Shown here: one piece after another, positions 1 to 11,395 of the stretch
Numbering within the stretch: position 1 is the first letter of the stretch
How the letters are laid out: the number at the start of each line of letters is the position of its first letter
Assembly: GCA_963764725.1 (NCBI GenBank)
Contig: CAVXTM010000002.1
Span: 64,001-128,000, forward strand
Length of the DNA stretch: 64,000 bases
Source: an uncultured Gammaproteobacteria bacterium
GTDB taxonomy: Bacteria > Pseudomonadota > Gammaproteobacteria > JACCXJ01
Reading direction: 5' to 3'
Notes under the pieces: model-generated
Database searches by the model: none
Told to the model about the DNA's origin: nothing
Seen by the model: only the letters and a program-made list of their open reading frames with translations
Translations under genes and position numbers: made by a program

Positions 1-1036
1 TAATGTAACTCTGCGCAGTGATAAAGGTGCCGCGCGACTTGGACATCTTCTCTCCGTTCACGGTGAGGAAGCCGTGCGCGAAGATCCGGGAGGGCGTGCG
101 ATAGCCGGAATAATGCAGTAGCGCGGGCCAGAACAAGGCATGGAAATACAGGATGTCTTTCCCGATGAAGTGATAGAGCTCGGCTTTCGACGCCGCTCCC
201 CAGTACGCCTCGAAGTCGAGTCCCGCGCGCTCGCAGAGGTTCTTGAAACTCGCCATGTAACCGATCGGTGCATCCAGCCAGACATAGAAATATTTCTCCG
301 GTGCCTCCGGGATCTCGAAACCGAAGTACGGGGCGTCGCGCGAAATATCCCAGTTTTTTAGACCGGCGGTGAACCACTCATCAAGTTTGTTGGCGGCTTC
401 GGGCTGCAGGTGACCGGCGCGCGTCCATTCCCTGAGAAAGTCCTCGCACTCGCTCAAGCGAAAGAAATAATGATCCGATTGCTTGTGGATCGGGGCCGCG
501 CCGGAGAGGGCGGAATAGGGATTGATAAGCTCGGTCGGTTGATAGGTGGCGCCACAGATCTCACAGGCGTCTCCGTACTGGTCCTGGGCATGACAGCGCG
601 GGCATTCGCCCTTGATAAACCGATCTGGCAGGAACATGTTCTTGACCGGATCGTAGAGCTGCTCGATGGTGCGCGCTTCGATCAGCCCGCGGGCTTTTAG
701 CGTCAAATAGATGCCCTCGGCCAACGCGCGGTTCTCTTGCGAGTTGGTTGAATAGTAATTGTCGAAGGCGATGTGAAACTCCGTGAAATCGCGCAGGTGT
801 TCCCCGTGCATCCGCGCGATGAGTTGCTCGGGGGCGATCTGCTCTGCCTCGGCGCGCAGCATGATGGGCGTGCCGTGGGTGTCGTCGGCGCACACGTAGT
901 AGCAGCGGTGACCGCGCATCCGCTGGAACCGCGCCCAGATGTCGGTTTGGATGTATTCGACCAGGTGCCCGAGGTGAATGGGGCCGTTGGCATAGGGGAG
1001 GGCGCTGGTGACCAGGATGTCTCTCGGTCCGTTCAC
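1..1036 (-). CDS. metG: Methionine--tRNA ligase (3' part runs off the window)
   Basis: Read manually on the minus strand: GTG at 1036 after a GGAG SD gives ..[28 protein letters not shown] (HIGH-like motif), later [16 protein letters not shown] and KMSKS. Divergent from apbC, as usual. Confidence 0.95.
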   Translation of the reverse strand, partial: MNGPRDILVTSALPYANGPIHLGHLVEYIQTDIWARFQRMRGHRCYYVCADDTHGTPIMLRAEAEQIAPEQLIARMHGEHLRDFTEFHIAFDNYYSTNSQENRALAEGIYLTLKARGLIEARTIEQLYDPVKNMFLPDRFIKGECPRCHAQDQYGDACEICGATYQPTELINPYSALSGAAPIHKQSDHYFFRLSECEDFLREWTRAGHLQPEAANKLDEWFTAGLKNWDISRDAPYFGFEIPEAPEKYFYVWLDAPIGYMASFKNLCERAGLDFEAYWGAASKAELYHFIGKDILYFHALFWPALLHYSGYRTPSRIFAHGFLTVNGEKMSKSRGTFITAQSYI

Positions 1037-1159
1037 GGCGGTAATACTCCTTCAATAGGGATTCGCTACGTTAGCATCAAGCCAACGCCGTGTCATCGCG
1101 CCTCGTGGCTACAGGATTTGGTGTAGAATGGCCGTACGCATTCCTGGCCTAAATCTACG

Positions 1160-2251
1160 ATGACAACCGTCACGAAAGAACACATCGAAGCTGCGTTAAA
1201 GCGTTATCAAGACCCTTATCTCGGCTGCGATCTCGTTAGCGCCAAAGCGGTCAAGGATATACGCATCGACGGCGATTGCGTAAAGATCGCGGTCGAGCTC
1301 GGTTATCCGATCAAAGGCTGGACGGAGTCCTTGATCGGGGCGCTCAAGGAAGTGCTGGGCAATGTCGAGGGCGTTCGCGAGGCAAGTGTCGAGGTCACTC
1401 AGAAGATCATTTCGCATTCGGTGCAAAAGGGCGTCTCTCCCTTACCCGAGGTCAAGAATATCATCGCCGTCGCGTCGGGCAAGGGTGGGGTGGGTAAATC
1501 AACCGTCGCGGTCAACTTGGCGCTCGCCTTCCAGTCCCAAGGTGCGCAGGCCGCGATCCTTGATGCCGATATCTACGGTCCGAGCCAGCCCCGGATGTTG
1601 GGCTGCCGGGGGAAACCCGAGACCATCGACGGTAAATCCTTTGAGCCTTTGGTCAGCTATCATGTGCAAGCCATCTCGATCGGCAATCTCATCGACGAAG
1701 AGACGCCGATGATCTGGCGCGGCCCGATGGTGACCTCGGCCCTGGAGCAGTTGCTCACCGGTACCCAGTGGCGCAACGTCGATTACCTGGTCGTGGATCT
1801 CCCGCCCGGCACGGGCGACATTCAATTGACCTTGTGCCAGAAAATCCCGGTCAGCGGCGCAGTGATCGTCACCACACCTCAAGACATCGCGCTGCTGGAT
1901 GCGCGCAAAGCGCTCAAGATGTTCGAGAAAGTCGAGGTCCCGGTGCTCGGCATCGTCGAAAACATGAGTACGCACGTCTGTAGTCACTGCGGGTACGAGG
2001 AGCCCATCTTCGGGCAAGGCGGCGGCGCCGCTATGGCCGCGCAATACCAAGTCGACCTCCTCGGATCCTTGCCGCTCGAGATCGGGATCCGCGAGGGGGT
2101 GGACAATGGCCGGCCGACGGTGGCCATGGACCCCGGCTCGCGGTCGGCGCGGATCTTCCACGATCTCGCGCGCAAGATAGCGGCGAAGCTCTCGCTGCGA
2201 GCCAAGGACTACTCGGCGCGCTTCCCGAAGATCGTGATCCAGAATACCTAA
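1160..2251 (+). CDS. apbC: Fe-S cluster carrier ApbC/Mrp
   Basis: [11 protein letters not shown]-loop, [28 protein letters not shown]. Confidence 0.95.
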   Translation: MTTVTKEHIEAALKRYQDPYLGCDLVSAKAVKDIRIDGDCVKIAVELGYPIKGWTESLIGALKEVLGNVEGVREASVEVTQKIISHSVQKGVSPLPEVKNIIAVASGKGGVGKSTVAVNLALAFQSQGAQAAILDADIYGPSQPRMLGCRGKPETIDGKSFEPLVSYHVQAISIGNLIDEETPMIWRGPMVTSALEQLLTGTQWRNVDYLVVDLPPGTGDIQLTLCQKIPVSGAVIVTTPQDIALLDARKALKMFEKVEVPVLGIVENMSTHVCSHCGYEEPIFGQGGGAAMAAQYQVDLLGSLPLEIGIREGVDNGRPTVAMDPGSRSARIFHDLARKIAAKLSLRAKDYSARFPKIVIQNT

Positions 2252-2256
2252 AAAAG

Positions 2257-2823
2257 ATGTCCATAAAATCCGACCGCTGGATCCGGCGCATGGCCGCAGA
2301 GCATGGCATGATCGCACCGTTCGAGCCCGGCCAGGTCCGCGCCAACGGTGACGGCAGGCTTATTTCCTACGGCACCTCGAGCTACGGCTATGATATCCGC
2401 TGCGCCGACGAGTTTAAGATCTTCACCAACATCAATACAACCATCGTCGATCCCAAGAATTTCGATCCGCAGAGCTTTGTTGATGTGACGGCGAGCGTAT
2501 GCATCATCCCGCCGAACTCCTTCGCGCTCGCGCGCACCGTCGAGTACTTCCGCATCCCGCGCAATGTGCTCACCATCTGTCTCGGGAAGTCGACCTATGC
2601 CCGCTGCGGAATCATCGTCAACGTCACGCCCTTGGAGCCCGAATGGGAAGGACATGTCACCTTGGAGTTTTCGAACACCACGCCCTTGCCCGCGAAGATC
2701 TATGCGAATGAGGGCGTCGCGCAGGTGATCTTTATTGAATCGGATGATCCCTGCGAGACCTCTTATCGAGACCGCGGGGGAAAGTACCAGGGGCAGCGGG
2801 GTGTGACCTTGCCGAAGACGTAG
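2257..2823 (+). CDS. dcd: dCTP deaminase
   Basis: [36 protein letters not shown]. Confidence 0.97.
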   Translation: MSIKSDRWIRRMAAEHGMIAPFEPGQVRANGDGRLISYGTSSYGYDIRCADEFKIFTNINTTIVDPKNFDPQSFVDVTASVCIIPPNSFALARTVEYFRIPRNVLTICLGKSTYARCGIIVNVTPLEPEWEGHVTLEFSNTTPLPAKIYANEGVAQVIFIESDDPCETSYRDRGGKYQGQRGVTLPKT

Positions 2824-3091
2824 TTGCGTGTGAAATTAAAGTTCCATCAGGTCGGCGAACCCTTACCTTGGCAAAGGGCGCGCGCGTGTGGTGTCTCAAT
2901 GAGAAGGCCGAGCCTAAAATGTTCAACGCGCGGGTGGTTGGCCGAATCCTCCAGCACGAGTTCGATCAATTCAGAGCCGCGCACGTTGCTGACGGCCATT
3001 AATTTCGCGCTATTAGAGAGCGGTGCCGATTAAGCAAATCCGCACAGCCCTTGCGTCGCCTTAGCGCTCGAACGTGAGCGATCTGGATGAA

Positions 3092-3337
3092 TCACGCCGC
3101 GGCTTGTTCTCTCAACCGGGCGTATAAAGCGTCAGGTGCGAGGTCCGCACCGTTCGGCCAGCAGATAACGCCAAAATCATCGATTTTGAGCTGGCTAAAC
3201 AGCGTCTCATCCCGTAATGGCTCGAACATGGGCCCGAATAACCGTTCCTTAATGGAGACAATACCTCGAACGCCGTCGTCAAATTCAATGTCAATACGAT
3301 AATCGCTTAATGCCCTCGCTCGAAGGACTCTTTCCAC
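3092..3337 (-). CDS. DUF2442-family small protein (putative antitoxin)
   Basis: FDDG..G and WPNGADLAPDALY signature; paired with DUF4160. Confidence 0.85.
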   Translation of the reverse strand: MERVLRARALSDYRIDIEFDDGVRGIVSIKERLFGPMFEPLRDETLFSQLKIDDFGVICWPNGADLAPDALYARLREQAAA

Positions 3338-3342
3338 GACCT

Positions 3343-3603
3343 TTACTCCAGTGGTTCAATAGAAATAAGGGGATCGTGAGCTTCTGCACGCTGCCAGTTT
3401 TCCAGAAGCGTTTCACGATGCAGCTGCGCCCATTCTAGCACCATCGCCAAGGCTCGCCGAGGCAAGCGACCGGCCAGCACTTCCAGCGTTTCTATGCCAA
3501 TCACAACCGCGTCTTTGCCGTAGTATGCGTGGAAATGAGGTCTCCCATGCTCGTCATAGTACATGCGGATCATGATGCCAAAAAATACCGAAATGGTGGG
3601 CAT
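3343..3603 (-). CDS. DUF4160-family protein (putative toxin of a TA-like pair)
   Basis: MPTISVFFGIMIRMYYDEHGRPHFHAYY...LEWAQLHR..L.ENW. Confidence 0.88.
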   Translation of the reverse strand: MPTISVFFGIMIRMYYDEHGRPHFHAYYGKDAVVIGIETLEVLAGRLPRRALAMVLEWAQLHRETLLENWQRAEAHDPLISIEPLE

Positions 3604-3678
3604 ATCAATCCGGCCAGTTTACGCTTACAGTTTTGCACCTGCCACTTCTCCCCAAGTGCAGTGGGGTGCAACAGATTT

Positions 3679-4292
3679 TCAAAGATTCGGAGGCACGAAA
3701 TCGATACCGATGACTTTTAGGCCACATATATTCGAATCGTTTCGGCAGATATGAGCAGCTATGATCTCCAAATATTGAACAAGTCCATTGAAATCAAGGT
3801 TCGTAGCATCGCTCGTCCAGTGTTGTTTTCGTCCCATGTAGCCGAGCACTAGTATGCCGTGCCTGGAGTTGGGTGACCGCAGGTACAAACCGACCAACTG
3901 CTAATGAGCTTGGCCTCGTCAATCGAGTCCAGAAAGAATGTCGCCTCGTCTCGACTGCGATGCCAACGTTGGAATGGCGAAACATCGCCAGCTTCAAGTG
4001 CGTCGTCTAATGGCCCGCTGACGAGTTGGTCGAGCCGGATAAAGAAAGCATGGTGCTTTTGCTGCTGAAGGATATGCGCACGTTCACGCAGCTCTATGGT
4101 TTTGCCGGTGCCGGGTTCTCCGAGTACCACCACGCAACGGCTTTGAAGCAACTTCGGCCAATCACAGCCGCCGCCATCGATATCGAGGCGAGCAAGATAA
4201 CTCTTGTAGGCCCCACCTTCGGGGTCTTCCGTATCTTCGAAGTCGAGGAACCGCCGATCCAAATCCGTAAATTGCCAATCGCGATAGCTCAT
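3679..4292 (-). pseudogene. Internally deleted STAND/NACHT-like NTPase: N-terminal P-loop joined out of frame to a C-terminal tail
   Basis: Walker A VVVLGEPGTGKT and Walker B FFLDSIDE. The frame breaks at about 3900 into QLVGLYLR...GILVL...KVIGIDF. Confidence 0.65.
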
Positions 4293-4546
4293 GAAAGGAA
4301 TGTTAAACGATAATCGGCCCTTGGCACTGCGCGGGAATTCTAACCGGCGCAAGACGCACCGTAGGATGCCAGCCGCGAAAGGGTGAACGCCAGTTGACCC
4401 CAGCGGTTCCGACCCTAATGGGCCGCGACAACCAAGAGCACAGATGGGTAAATTTCTCCTTGTGCAACGACGAGCGTTGCATTGACCGCGGGAACTTAGT
4501 GGTAATATAGCTCATTAGCTGCCTTATCCATCAAGAGGTTGCCGCC

Positions 4547-5929
4547 CTGAGACGCGAGAAAGTCGTCACGCTTCTTTCCGCCGACGCCCCGCGCGAGCGG
4601 GTGCTCGTCAAGGGCTGGGTCCGGACCCGCCGGGATGCGAAAGGACTCTCATTCCTTGAGCTTAACGATGGGTCGTGTCTCAGAAACATCCAGGTCATCG
4701 TGGACGCCGGAATCGGCAAATATTCCGAAGCAAAAGACCTCGGCACCGGCGCGGCGATTGCGGTCGAAGGCAAGCTGGTCGCCTCTCCGGGGAGTGGGCA
4801 GCAGTGGGAGATCCAAGCCGATAGGATCACGGTCATCGGGACCTGTCCCGAGGATTACCCTCTGCAAAAGAAACGGCATTCCGACGAATTCTTGCGCACC
4901 ATCGCCCACCTGCGCCCGCGCACCAATAAATACGGCGCGCTGTTCCGCATGCGGTCGCGGCTTGCGCATGCTATTCACCAATTTTTCCAAGACCGCGGTT
5001 TCTGCTATATCCATACCCCGATCCTGACCGCTTCGGACTGCGAAGGGGCCGGAGCGATGTTCGGCGTTACCACGCTGGACTTGAGTAACGTTCCGAAGCG
5101 AGACGGACAGGTCGATTTCAGCGAGGATTTCTTCGGAAAGGAGGCGAAGCTGACGGTCTCCGGCCAACTCTCGGGCGAGATGCTCGCGCTCGGGCTTGGC
5201 GAGATCTACACCTTTGGTCCCACCTTCCGCGCCGAGAATTCCAACACCGCCCGCCACATGGCCGAATTTTGGATGATCGAACCGGAGATGGCTTTCGATG
5301 ATCTCGACGCGGACATGGACCTCGCGGAGGAGTTCATCCGCTATCTCGTCACCGACGCGCTGGATCGCTGCCGCGAGGATCTGCAGCTCTTCGCGCGTTT
5401 CGTCGATCCAGCCTTAATGGCAACAGTTGAGAATATCGCCTCGAACGCATTCGAGCGCTTGCCTTACAGCGATGCCATCGAGATCCTGCGGCGCTCGGGC
5501 CAATCCTTCGAGTTCGAGCCGGCATGGGGCGCCGATTTGCAAACCGAGCACGAGCGTTACCTGACCGAGCGTTATTTCAAGAAACCGGTCATCGTCCATG
5601 ACTATCCCAAGGACATCAAGGCGTTCTACATGCGGCTCAATGACGATGGACGCACAGTCGCCGCGATGGATGTTCTGGTGCCGAGGATCGGAGAAATCAT
5701 CGGCGGCAGCCAGCGCGAAGAGCGCTACGATGTACTCCGGTCGCGCATCAACGAGATGGGCTTCGACGAGGGTCACTATTGGTGGTATCTGGACTCTCGG
5801 CGCTTCGGCAGCGTGCCTCACAGCGGTTTCGGGCTGGGGTTCGAGCGCTTCTTGATGCTGGTGACGGGGGTGACCAACATCCGCGACGTGATCCCGTTCC
5901 CGCGCACGCCCAAGCACCTTGAGTTTTGA
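4547..5929 (+). CDS. asnS: Asparagine--tRNA ligase
   Basis: GWVRTRR, HLRPRTN, FGPTFRAENSNT, IGGSQREER, PHSGFGLGFER. Start placed at the in-frame CTG 4547 behind AGAGG (ORF track uses GTG 4601). Confidence 0.93.
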   Translation: MRREKVVTLLSADAPRERVLVKGWVRTRRDAKGLSFLELNDGSCLRNIQVIVDAGIGKYSEAKDLGTGAAIAVEGKLVASPGSGQQWEIQADRITVIGTCPEDYPLQKKRHSDEFLRTIAHLRPRTNKYGALFRMRSRLAHAIHQFFQDRGFCYIHTPILTASDCEGAGAMFGVTTLDLSNVPKRDGQVDFSEDFFGKEAKLTVSGQLSGEMLALGLGEIYTFGPTFRAENSNTARHMAEFWMIEPEMAFDDLDADMDLAEEFIRYLVTDALDRCREDLQLFARFVDPALMATVENIASNAFERLPYSDAIEILRRSGQSFEFEPAWGADLQTEHERYLTERYFKKPVIVHDYPKDIKAFYMRLNDDGRTVAAMDVLVPRIGEIIGGSQREERYDVLRSRINEMGFDEGHYWWYLDSRRFGSVPHSGFGLGFERFLMLVTGVTNIRDVIPFPRTPKHLEF

Positions 5930-6025
5930 TCTTGGCGGTTCGTACTACAGGCTGCGGGTTGCACAAGCTCGTTTCGATTCGGATCTCCAGGCGGGCCCGG
6001 CAAGAGGTCGCAGCAGTCCGCGCGC

Positions 6026-6091
6026 GTTGTCTTCACGCCCAGAAAACCAGGGACCTTCACGTTTTTTTGCGATAAAAAGCTTCTGTTTCTC
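6026..6091 (+). pseudogene. Fragment of a cupredoxin-domain gene
   Basis: Reads VVFTPRKPGTFTFFCDKKLLF, the typical FTP..PG.Y.F.C cupredoxin strand; no start and no His/Met ligands downstream. Confidence 0.45.
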
Positions 6092-6363
6092 CACCGCCCC
6101 CGGCCGTTTCCGCCCCCGACCGCAATTTGAGACAGGCTACCTTGGGCCGCACCAGGGAACGGTAGACCCGGTAGATCCGGAGCAAAACGCCGTCGTCGGT
6201 TGACACCGGGAGGTTGATCTCCTAGGCTAACCGTGGCGCCGATTTGATGTCAGCTTGCAGGCGCTTTATAAATTTGGCTAAAGCGATCCAACCTGCTTTA
6301 GCGCAAGCTATCGCGGGTTTTTTGTTGTGTAATACCCTGCCCATCGCAGCAGGCGCTTTAGCG

Positions 6364-6433
6364 TTGGGGTTTCCAAAGAGGAGTAGTGCAACTCTCCCTT
6401 TTGGTCGCCTGCGGGGTACATGCCCGGCAGGCG
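6364..6433. repeat. Twin-hairpin REP-like element, copy 1 (upstream of metZ)
   Basis: 6364-6406 matches 7680-7722 at 41/43 nt; followed by a CGCCTGC...GCAGGCG hairpin. Confidence 0.8.
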
Positions 6434-6458
6434 AACACTATTTGACTTTGAGGAAGGC

Positions 6459-7646
6459 ATGACCTCGGATTGCGAAAATTGGGGGTTTGACACGCGGGCC
6501 GTCAGGGGCGGACAAGTCCGCACCTCCGAAGGGGAGCAAAGCGAGCCCATCATCGCCAGCTCCAGCTTTGTGTTCGATAACGCCGCCCAAGCCGCGGCCC
6601 GTTTCGCCGGGCAGGAATGCGGCAATATCTATTCGCGGTTTACGAATCCGACCGTCCGGGTATTCGAAAAACGCTTGGCGGCCCTCGAAGGCGGAGCACG
6701 CTGCGTCGCCACTTCGTCGGGGATGAGTGCGATCCTCGCGACCTGTATGGCGCTGCTCAAGATGGGCGATCACATCGTCTCCTCGCACAGCATCTTCGGC
6801 ACCACGGTCGGCTTGTTCAATAACATCCTGGCCAAGTTCGGGATCATGACGAGCTTCGTGCCGCTCACGGACTACGCGGCTTGGCGCGGAGCCCTTCGAT
6901 CCGAGACCCGATTCCTGTTCTTGGAGACGCCCTCGAACCCGCTGACCGAGATTGCCGATCTCGCCCATCTGGCCGCGCTCGCGCACGAGAAGGGGTTACT
7001 CTTGATTGTCGATAACGCTTTCTGCACCCCGGCCTTACAGCGGCCCTTCGAGCTTGGGGCGGATCTCGTGATTCATTCGGCGACCAAGTACATCGACGGC
7101 CAGGGCCGTTGCATCGGCGGCGCGGTCATCGGTCCGGAAGCCTTGGTGGGGGAGGGCATCTTCAATTTCCTCCGCACCGCCGGCCCCACGATGAGTCCGT
7201 TCAATGCCTGGGTGTTTCTGAAAGGCTTGGAGACCTTGAGCATTCGCATGCGCGCCCATAGCGATAATGCGCTGCGGTTGGCTGAAGCCTTGGAGCGGCA
7301 TCCCGCGGTCGAGCGCGTCTATTATCCGGGCTTGCCATCCCATCCGCAGCATGATCTCGCGCGCCGCCAGCAGAGCGGGTTCGGCGGAATCGTCTCATTT
7401 GTGGTGCGCGGCGGCCGCAAGGCGGCCTGGCGCCTGATCGACACGACCCGCGTGTTTTCCATTACGGCCAACCTCGGCGATACCAAGAGCACGATCACCC
7501 ACCCGGCGACCACCACCCACAGCCGCTTGACGCCCGAGGAGCGCATCCAGGCGGGGATCGGCGAAGGCTTAATCCGCATCTCGGCGGGGATCGAGGATAG
7601 TGCAGATTTGATCCGCGATCTGGACCGCGGACTGGCACAAGTTTAA
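6459..7646 (+). CDS. metZ: O-succinylhomoserine sulfhydrylase
   Basis: YSRFTNPT, ETPSNP, HSATKYIDGQGR, ITANLGDTKSTITHPATTTH; ATG 6459 after GAGGAAGG. Confidence 0.93.
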   Translation: MTSDCENWGFDTRAVRGGQVRTSEGEQSEPIIASSSFVFDNAAQAAARFAGQECGNIYSRFTNPTVRVFEKRLAALEGGARCVATSSGMSAILATCMALLKMGDHIVSSHSIFGTTVGLFNNILAKFGIMTSFVPLTDYAAWRGALRSETRFLFLETPSNPLTEIADLAHLAALAHEKGLLLIVDNAFCTPALQRPFELGADLVIHSATKYIDGQGRCIGGAVIGPEALVGEGIFNFLRTAGPTMSPFNAWVFLKGLETLSIRMRAHSDNALRLAEALERHPAVERVYYPGLPSHPQHDLARRQQSGFGGIVSFVVRGGRKAAWRLIDTTRVFSITANLGDTKSTITHPATTTHSRLTPEERIQAGIGEGLIRISAGIEDSADLIRDLDRGLAQV

Positions 7647-7679
7647 TTCTAAACACCCCGCCGACAGGCACTGTAGCCA

Positions 7680-7744
7680 TTGGGGTTTCCAAAGGGGAGT
7701 AGTGCAACTCTCCCCTTTGGTCAAGGGCGGGTTTATACCCCGCC
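7680..7744. repeat. Twin-hairpin REP-like element, copy 2 (downstream of metZ)
   Basis: CCAAAGGGGA...TCCCCTTTGG 10-bp stem plus GGCGGG-tttatac-CCCGCC. Confidence 0.8.
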
Positions 7745-7974
7745 GGCGAAGCAAAATTGATGCGTCTCACGCCGGTTTCTGAATCTTAGAAATCGGTGCG
7801 TGCAACACGGCGGCGGGCGCATGGCGGAGCGGCGCGCGCGGGTTGCGCATGTGAGTTTGCGCATGTTAGATTGGCGCCGAGATCGATCCCTAATAACCGC
7901 CCGTCTCTTCAAGCCGGCGGCGGTTAAAAAGCAATTTAAAATTCTTGCCCATTCTTAGCGGAGGACCCCCCACG

Positions 7975-9171
7975 ATGGCCGGACGTAATTTCCTGTTTAT
8001 CCCTGGACCGACCAATGTCCCGGAGCGGATCATGAACGCAATGCACATCTCGCAAGAGGACATGCGGGCCTTGGACTTCCCGAATTTCACGCTCCCGCTC
8101 TTCCGGGATCTCAAGAAGATCTTCAAGACCAAGAACGCTCAGGTGTTTATTTTTCCGGCCTCGGGTACCGGCGGGTGGGAGGCGGCGATCACCAATACGC
8201 TATCCCCCGGCGACAAGGTGCTGGCTTCGGGGTTCGGTCATTTCAGTAATCTCTTCATCGATCTCTGCCAGCGGCAAAGGATGGATGTGCAGGCGCTCGA
8301 GGTCGATTGGGGCGAGGGCGTGCCGGTCGAGAAGTACGCCGACATTCTCAAGAAGGACAAGAACTACAAGATCAAGGCCGTGCTCGCCACCCATAACGAG
8401 ACCGCCACAGGTGTCACCAGCGATGTGGCCGCGGTGCGCAAGGCGTTGGACGATGCGAAACACCCAGCCCTGCTCATCGTCGATGGGGTCAGCTCGATCG
8501 CGAGCATCGATTTCCGCATGGACGAATGGGGCGTGGATGTGGCGGTCTCCGGATCGCAGAAGGGCTTCATGTTGCCGACCGGCCTCGCCATCCTCTGTTT
8601 CAGCGAGAAAGCCTTGAAGGCCCGGTTGAGCGCCAAGTGCCCGCGCTGTTTCTTCGACATCGAGGACATGATCAAGGTCAACGTCAACGGCTTCTTCCCC
8701 TACACACCGGCGACGATCATGTTGCGCGGCCTGCGGGCGTCGGTGGACATGCTGCTCGAAGAGGGCTTGAATAAGGTGTTCGCGCGCCATCATCGCATGG
8801 CCGAGGCGGTGCGCCGCGCGGTCGCGGCATGGGGTCTCAAACTGGTGGCTAAGGAACCCAAGTGGCATTCCGATACCGTGAGCGCCATCTACGTGCCCGT
8901 GGGGTTCGACGGCAACGAAGTGGTCCGGCATGCCTACCGGCGATTCAACCTGGCGCTGAGCGTGAGTCTCGCCAAGATTGCGGGTAAGGCGTTCCGCATC
9001 GGTCACTTGGGCGATCTCAACGAGCTCATGGTCCTCACGCCGATCACCGGTGCCGAGATGGCCATGAAGGACCTCGGGATCCCGATCCAGCTCGGCAGCG
9101 GGGTCGCGGCGGCTCAGGAGTATCTGCGCAAGACCGCCAAGGACATCAAGAGCCTGAAGCCGGTGAAGTAG
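7975..9171 (+). CDS. sgaA: Serine--glyoxylate aminotransferase
   Basis: MAGRNFLFIPGPTNVP, HNETATGV, GSQKGFMLP, FPYTP, FRIGHLG; heads the serine-cycle cluster. Confidence 0.92.
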   Translation: MAGRNFLFIPGPTNVPERIMNAMHISQEDMRALDFPNFTLPLFRDLKKIFKTKNAQVFIFPASGTGGWEAAITNTLSPGDKVLASGFGHFSNLFIDLCQRQRMDVQALEVDWGEGVPVEKYADILKKDKNYKIKAVLATHNETATGVTSDVAAVRKALDDAKHPALLIVDGVSSIASIDFRMDEWGVDVAVSGSQKGFMLPTGLAILCFSEKALKARLSAKCPRCFFDIEDMIKVNVNGFFPYTPATIMLRGLRASVDMLLEEGLNKVFARHHRMAEAVRRAVAAWGLKLVAKEPKWHSDTVSAIYVPVGFDGNEVVRHAYRRFNLALSVSLAKIAGKAFRIGHLGDLNELMVLTPITGAEMAMKDLGIPIQLGSGVAAAQEYLRKTAKDIKSLKPVK

Positions 9172-9223
9172 TAACCGGTTTCTGATTCCCGGTAATATTA
9201 GGACACGAGGGCAGGGGGATAGT

Positions 9224-10192
9224 ATGAGTCACACGCGATATGAACCCGCGCGCCAGCGCGTGCAGCGCAGCGAGCTTGCGGTACCGGGCTCGAACCCGGC
9301 CATGATCGAGAAGGCGGCCCAGAGCGAGGCGGACTTTGTCTTTCTCGATGTCGAGGATGCGGTGGCGCCCGATGACAAGGAGCGGGCGCGAAAGAATATC
9401 ATTGCCGCGCTCAACGATATCGATTGGAGCGGTAAGACCGTTTCGGTACGCATCAACGGTATCGACACCCATTACATGTACCGTGATGTCGTTGATATCG
9501 TCGAGCAGGCGGGACACAAGCTCGATACGATCCTTATCCCCAAGGCCGGGGTGCCCGCGGACATCTACATGGTGGACGCGATGGTCACGCAGATCGAGAT
9601 CGCCAAAGGCATCAAGCACCGCATCGGGCTCGAGGCGCTGATCGAGACGGCGCTCGGCATGGCCAATGTCGAGGCCATCGCGGCGTGCTGCCGGCGGCTC
9701 GAGGCCTTGCACTTCGGGGTGGCGGATTACGCGGCCAGTTGCCGCGCGCGTACCGTCAACATCGGGGGACTGAATCCCGACTATCCAGGCGATCAATGGC
9801 ACGCGGCGTTGTCGCGCATGGTGGTCGCCTGCCGAGCTTATGGGCTGCGGGCAATCGATGGCCCCTTCGGCGATTTCAACGATCCCGAAGGGTACAGGCT
9901 CGGCGCGCGGCGCGCGGCGGCGCTCGGCTATGAAGGCAAGTGGGCGATTCATCCGAGTCAGATCGCGCTTGCCAATGAGGTCATGTCGCCGCCTGAGAAA
10001 GAGGTCACGCGGGCCAAGCGCATCTTGGTAGCCTTGAAGGAAGCGGCGAAGGCCGGCAAGGGCGCCGCGCAGCTCGACGGCAGGATGATCGACGCCGCCT
10101 CGGCGCGCATGGCGGAGAACATCGTCAATATCGACAAGGCTATCCAAGCCCGCCAGCGGGCCAGACCCACGGCCAAGTCGAAGAAAAAGTAG
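9224..10192 (+). CDS. mcl: Malyl-CoA lyase
   Basis: [40 protein letters not shown]; adjacent to mtkAB. Confidence 0.9.
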   Translation: MSHTRYEPARQRVQRSELAVPGSNPAMIEKAAQSEADFVFLDVEDAVAPDDKERARKNIIAALNDIDWSGKTVSVRINGIDTHYMYRDVVDIVEQAGHKLDTILIPKAGVPADIYMVDAMVTQIEIAKGIKHRIGLEALIETALGMANVEAIAACCRRLEALHFGVADYAASCRARTVNIGGLNPDYPGDQWHAALSRMVVACRAYGLRAIDGPFGDFNDPEGYRLGARRAAALGYEGKWAIHPSQIALANEVMSPPEKEVTRAKRILVALKEAAKAGKGAAQLDGRMIDAASARMAENIVNIDKAIQARQRARPTAKSKKK

Positions 10193-10202
10193 CGAGGTTC
10201 CG

Positions 10203-11381
10203 ATGGACATTCATGAGTATCAGGCGAAAGAGATCCTGAAAGACTTTGGGATCGCGATCCCAGCCGGAGGGCTGGCCTACAGTCCCGAGCAGGCGGTCTA
10301 CCGCGCGAAAGAAATCGGTGGTGAGAAATGGGTGGTTAAAGCCCAGATCCACTCCGGGGCGCGCGGCAAAGCGGGCGGCATCAAGGTCTGCTCCAGTGAC
10401 CATGAGATTTGGGAGACCGCGGACGATCTGCTCGGCAAGCGCCTGGTCACTCACCAGACCGGTCCGCGCGGGAAAGTGGTCCATCGCTTGTACATCGAGG
10501 CGGCGACCAGCATAGAACGCGAGATTTATCTCGGCTTCGTGCTCGACCGCCAGTCGGAGCGCGTGATGGTCGTGGCGTCCGGCGAAGGCGGCATGGAGAT
10601 CGAAGAGATCGCGGTCAAGAGACCGCAATCGATCCTGCGCCAATCAGTGGAGCCCGCGGTCGGCATGCAGGACTTTCAGTGCCGGGAGATCGCGTTCGGG
10701 CTGGGGCTGCCCGCGGCGATGGTTAGCCAGGCGGTGACGACCATTCAAGGCTGTTACCGTGCGTTTCGGGACCTCGATGCCACGATGGCGGAGATCAATC
10801 CTCTCGTGGTGACGAAGGATGGGCGCCTGCTCGCGCTCGATGCCAAGATGGCCTTCGACGACAATGCGCTGTTCCGGCACGCGAGTGTCTCCGAGCTACG
10901 CGACAAATCGCAAGAAGATCCTCGCGAGATGGCGGCTGGGGATCGCGGCTTGAGCTATGTTGGGCTCGATGGAAACATCGGCTGCATCATCAACGGGGCG
11001 GGGCTCGCGATGGCGACCATGGACATGATCAAGCATGCCGGGGGCGAGCCCGCGAATTTCCTGGACATCGGCGGCGGCGCGTCCCCGGAGCGCACCGCGA
11101 AGGCCTTCAATCTGGTGCTTTCCGACGACAAGGTGCAGGCGATCCTGGTGAATATATTCGCCGGCATCAATCGCTGTGACTGGGTGGCCGAAGGGGTTGT
11201 CCAGGCGGTCAAGAAGACCGAATTGAAGATCCCGCTTGTGGTGCGCCTATCGGGCACCAATGTTGAGGAAGGCCGCAAGATATTGAAAGCCAGCGGTCTC
11301 CCGATCATCATGGCCGAGACCTTAGCGGATGCGGCCGACAAAGCTGTCGCCGCCTGGAAGCAAGCAATCGGGAAGGCGTAA
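10203..11381 (+). CDS. mtkA: Malate thiokinase (malate--CoA ligase) beta subunit
   Basis: [34 protein letters not shown] (Mtk-type); serine-cycle context. Confidence 0.9.
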   Translation: MDIHEYQAKEILKDFGIAIPAGGLAYSPEQAVYRAKEIGGEKWVVKAQIHSGARGKAGGIKVCSSDHEIWETADDLLGKRLVTHQTGPRGKVVHRLYIEAATSIEREIYLGFVLDRQSERVMVVASGEGGMEIEEIAVKRPQSILRQSVEPAVGMQDFQCREIAFGLGLPAAMVSQAVTTIQGCYRAFRDLDATMAEINPLVVTKDGRLLALDAKMAFDDNALFRHASVSELRDKSQEDPREMAAGDRGLSYVGLDGNIGCIINGAGLAMATMDMIKHAGGEPANFLDIGGGASPERTAKAFNLVLSDDKVQAILVNIFAGINRCDWVAEGVVQAVKKTELKIPLVVRLSGTNVEEGRKILKASGLPIIMAETLADAADKAVAAWKQAIGKA

Positions 11382-11395
11382 CGCGGGAGAGTGAC

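Noticed and set aside
2919-2990. Peptide-deformylase-like ILQHEFDQ motif
   Set aside because: The second His is absent and there is no supporting ORF.
3900-4519. 11-bp inverted repeat AGCTCATTAGC at the STAND junction and upstream of asnS
   Set aside because: Too short to distinguish from chance, and there is no associated recombinase.
6373-6433. SAH/SAM riboswitch upstream of metZ (GAGGAGtagTGCAAC resembles the SAH core)
   Set aside because: The CAGGCTC and downstream pairing elements are missing, and a near-identical copy lies after the gene, which favours a repeat.
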